From assembly GCA_010093815.1 (NCBI GenBank), contig ML996566.1: DNA of 64,000 bases; one strand, given 5' to 3'. The notes under the pieces are model-generated. The model had not been told where the DNA came from and did not search any database. It saw only the letters and a program-made list of their open reading frames with translations. This document shows, piece after piece, positions 61,770-64,000 of the stretch. The DNA is from Pseudovirgaria hyperparasitica (taxonomy: Eukaryota). How positions within the stretch are numbered: the stretch's first letter is position 1; every line of letters starts with the position of its first letter. The translations under genes and the position numbers were made by a program.

Positions 61770-64000
61770 CTAGCGAAACCACCCAATATCCGACTCCTCC
61801 CCCTGTCCTTGTTGTCCCTGTCCCTGAACATAACCACCGCCCTGAGGAGGAGGACCAGGCGGTTGTAGTGGCGGTCCCTGCGACAGACCACCACCACCAC
61901 CACCGTCATAATACCCAGTCTGATAGCTCGTCTGATACCGATTCGCATACTCTTCTGCCAACTGGGGGGGCGCTGCCGCATGGTCATAGTAGCTCTGACT
62001 CGACTGTCGACCGCCGTCATAGTAGCTCTGGCTCGACTGTCGGCCGCCGGGATCGTAGTAGCTCTGACGCGACTGTCGACCGGCGTCGTAGTAATTGTTG
62101 TTGTTGTTATTGTTGTTATTATAGCCCTGCGTAAAGGGCGGGGCTTGGTAGTACATGTCCTGCCCGTAGCTGCTTTGCTCTGGCTGATAAGCCATAGGAG
62201 TAGAGTAGGGCTCGTTGGGAGGGCCGTCGTAGGCTGCTGCTGGGTATGGGTTGAATGGGCTGCTGCTGTGGTTGTCAAAGGCGGATGCCGGGCGCGAGCC
62301 GAAGCCGTCGTTTAGAGGCTCGAGTTCGCGCGACGAGGCGAAGATGTCGAAGCGTGAGAGTTGCGAGCTTGGGAGCTTGAACGGGAGGGCTGATGAGAGG
62401 CCGTTTGCTAGTGTTGAGAAGGGGTCTTGATGGCTGCCGTGCGTTGCTGATGATGATGTTGATGATGAGTGGTTGTGACCTGTGGCTGTGCCGTCGTATC
62501 CTTGGTGGTGGCTGCTCTGCGGTGCGTGGGAATGCGATGCGCCAGCACCACTGCCAGTGAGGTGAGGGTTTCCGCCTTGGTGGTTCTTTCCGTCTCTTAC
62601 GCTTTGCGACGACAGCACGTCGTTGATGTTGAACGAGTGAGACTTCCTGGCAAACTTCTCCACCACCCGGAACATGTTCCTATGTATCTCAATGTTCTCG
62701 TCACGGATGGCCGGATGATGAAACACTCGGGCTACGTCGTCGACGACTTGATCGACGGGTATGTTTGGGTTTTCCCATGCGTACACGACGCGCGGCGCAA
62801 CGTATTTGACGATTTGGGCGGCTACTTCGCCCGCTGGTGAGTTGAGGACGTTGGAGAAGTGATCTTTCGACAGCATCGAGTGGGTTGGATCTGTGGAATG
62901 AGGGTCATTCCACACCCCGTATTGCTGCTTCGCAGACGCATCAACCACCGTCGACGAGCCCTCCTTCAATGACTTAGAAGCCGCCTTGATCAGGGGCTGG
63001 ATGTAAGGTGCCAGAAGACCAAAGATGAACAAGGTAACCCGCTCAGAGATGTTGTCAATCAGCTTCTCTAGACCAGGAATCTTGGAGATGACTGTGCTGA
63101 TTGCACGAACGACCTTGTCGCGAAACTCGAGAATAGGATAGATTTTAGGAATGATCTGTGCTGGATCCATGTTAGTACCTGGTATGTCTGGGCCCGGAGG
63201 TCCGCCCATAGAGCCGGGAGGCGCTTGGAAGCTCGGAGTCCCCTGACTTTGACTTGGACCGTCTCGGGAGCTCGATGTGCCATCGAAACCTCGGGATCCG
63301 TGATGGCCGTTTGCTGCTGCTTGTTGCTCCGACAATGTCTGTAACTGGAATGCTTCGTCGCAAAGAGTACTGGTACCAGGGATCTTGGACAGGAGGCTAA
63401 CAAGGTCTTGAGCACTAGTATCGCCACCACTGCCCTTCTTTCCTGACGATGATGCATTCCCAAGAGTTGAGTTCATCTCATCGAGCTCGGATTGGGTGAC
63501 GTGATCGGTTGCCTCACCCAAGACTGAGTGAAGGAAATCCACACCACCAAAGGTACCTGTAACAAGGGGAAAAACATATTTGCCACGGAGATTGATCTGT
63601 GTCGCTGATCCGGTGTGTGGAAAGACATTGTCATATCCCAACTCGCGGAGAGCGAGCTCCGTGTAATTAGTATGGGCCCCAAAGTCTTCTAGACAGTGGA
63701 GACCCTGTCCGAGACAGCGGAGTGCTTCACACAAGTCCTCTTCCTTGCCTTTCTGCCGACTGGACGTATACATGCGACCGAAATGAATACTTCGTGCTAA
63801 GCTGAATTTGATATAGCCAACACTGGTGGCCCATCCTCCTTGCTCATTGGCGATATAATTCTTCATGCCTATCATTGCGCATTAGTAAGTAGTTACCGTC
63901 CACCAGGGAATTGAACCCACCAGTATGAGGATCTACAGCTAGCTCTTGCGGACTGACTGGACCTCGTAGTCGCTGATCATATTGTCGAGCGTCAACGTTG
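61770..64000 (-). CDS. het-c: HET-C family heterokaryon incompatibility protein (5' part outside window)
   Basis: GMKNYIANE, GQGLHCLEDFGAHTNYTELAL, VTGTFGGVDFLHS, DPTHSMLSKDHFSN, FHHPA, then a Gly/Gln/Tyr/His-rich tail. Intron ~63870-63921. Confidence 0.93.
61984..62120 (-). repeat. Coding tandem repeat (33-36 nt x3) plus (AAC)n in het-c tail
   Basis: Encodes N9-YYDAGRQSRQS-YYDPGGRQSSQS-YYDGGRQSSQS-YYD. Confidence 0.9.

Overview
Genomic DNA from a filamentous ascomycete (Pezizomycotina). The evidence is short GT-AG introns with CTRAY branch points, a Zn2Cys6 factor, het-c and a RIP-like AT-rich relic. I can model about 22 protein-coding genes: a METTL4-like MT-A70 methyltransferase, Leu5-type mitochondrial carrier, ABCG half-transporter, kinesin-4-like motor, PBR1-like SDR, sugar O-acetyltransferase, type-B carboxylesterase, DUF423/TMEM256, a tiny secreted/GPI-like protein, Fpg glycosylase, a signal-peptide agmatinase-family enzyme, a tocopherol-cyclase-like protein, BAT1, SCY1, a mitochondrial HMG-box protein, an ABM-like protein + Zn2Cys6 TF + phenol-hydroxylase trio, two low-complexity hypotheticals and 5'-truncated het-c. 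There is also a decayed acetyltransferase pseudogene and many microsatellites. No tRNA, rRNA, CRISPR or intact transposon was recognised. The most notable points are three GC-AG introns (two in BAT1), the intronless tocopherol-cyclase-like gene, the small aromatic-catabolism-like cluster, a C-rich to G-rich switch along several coding sequences, and a Y/Q/S/G repeat tail on HET-C. All family assignments come from motif recognition by eye, not from database searches.
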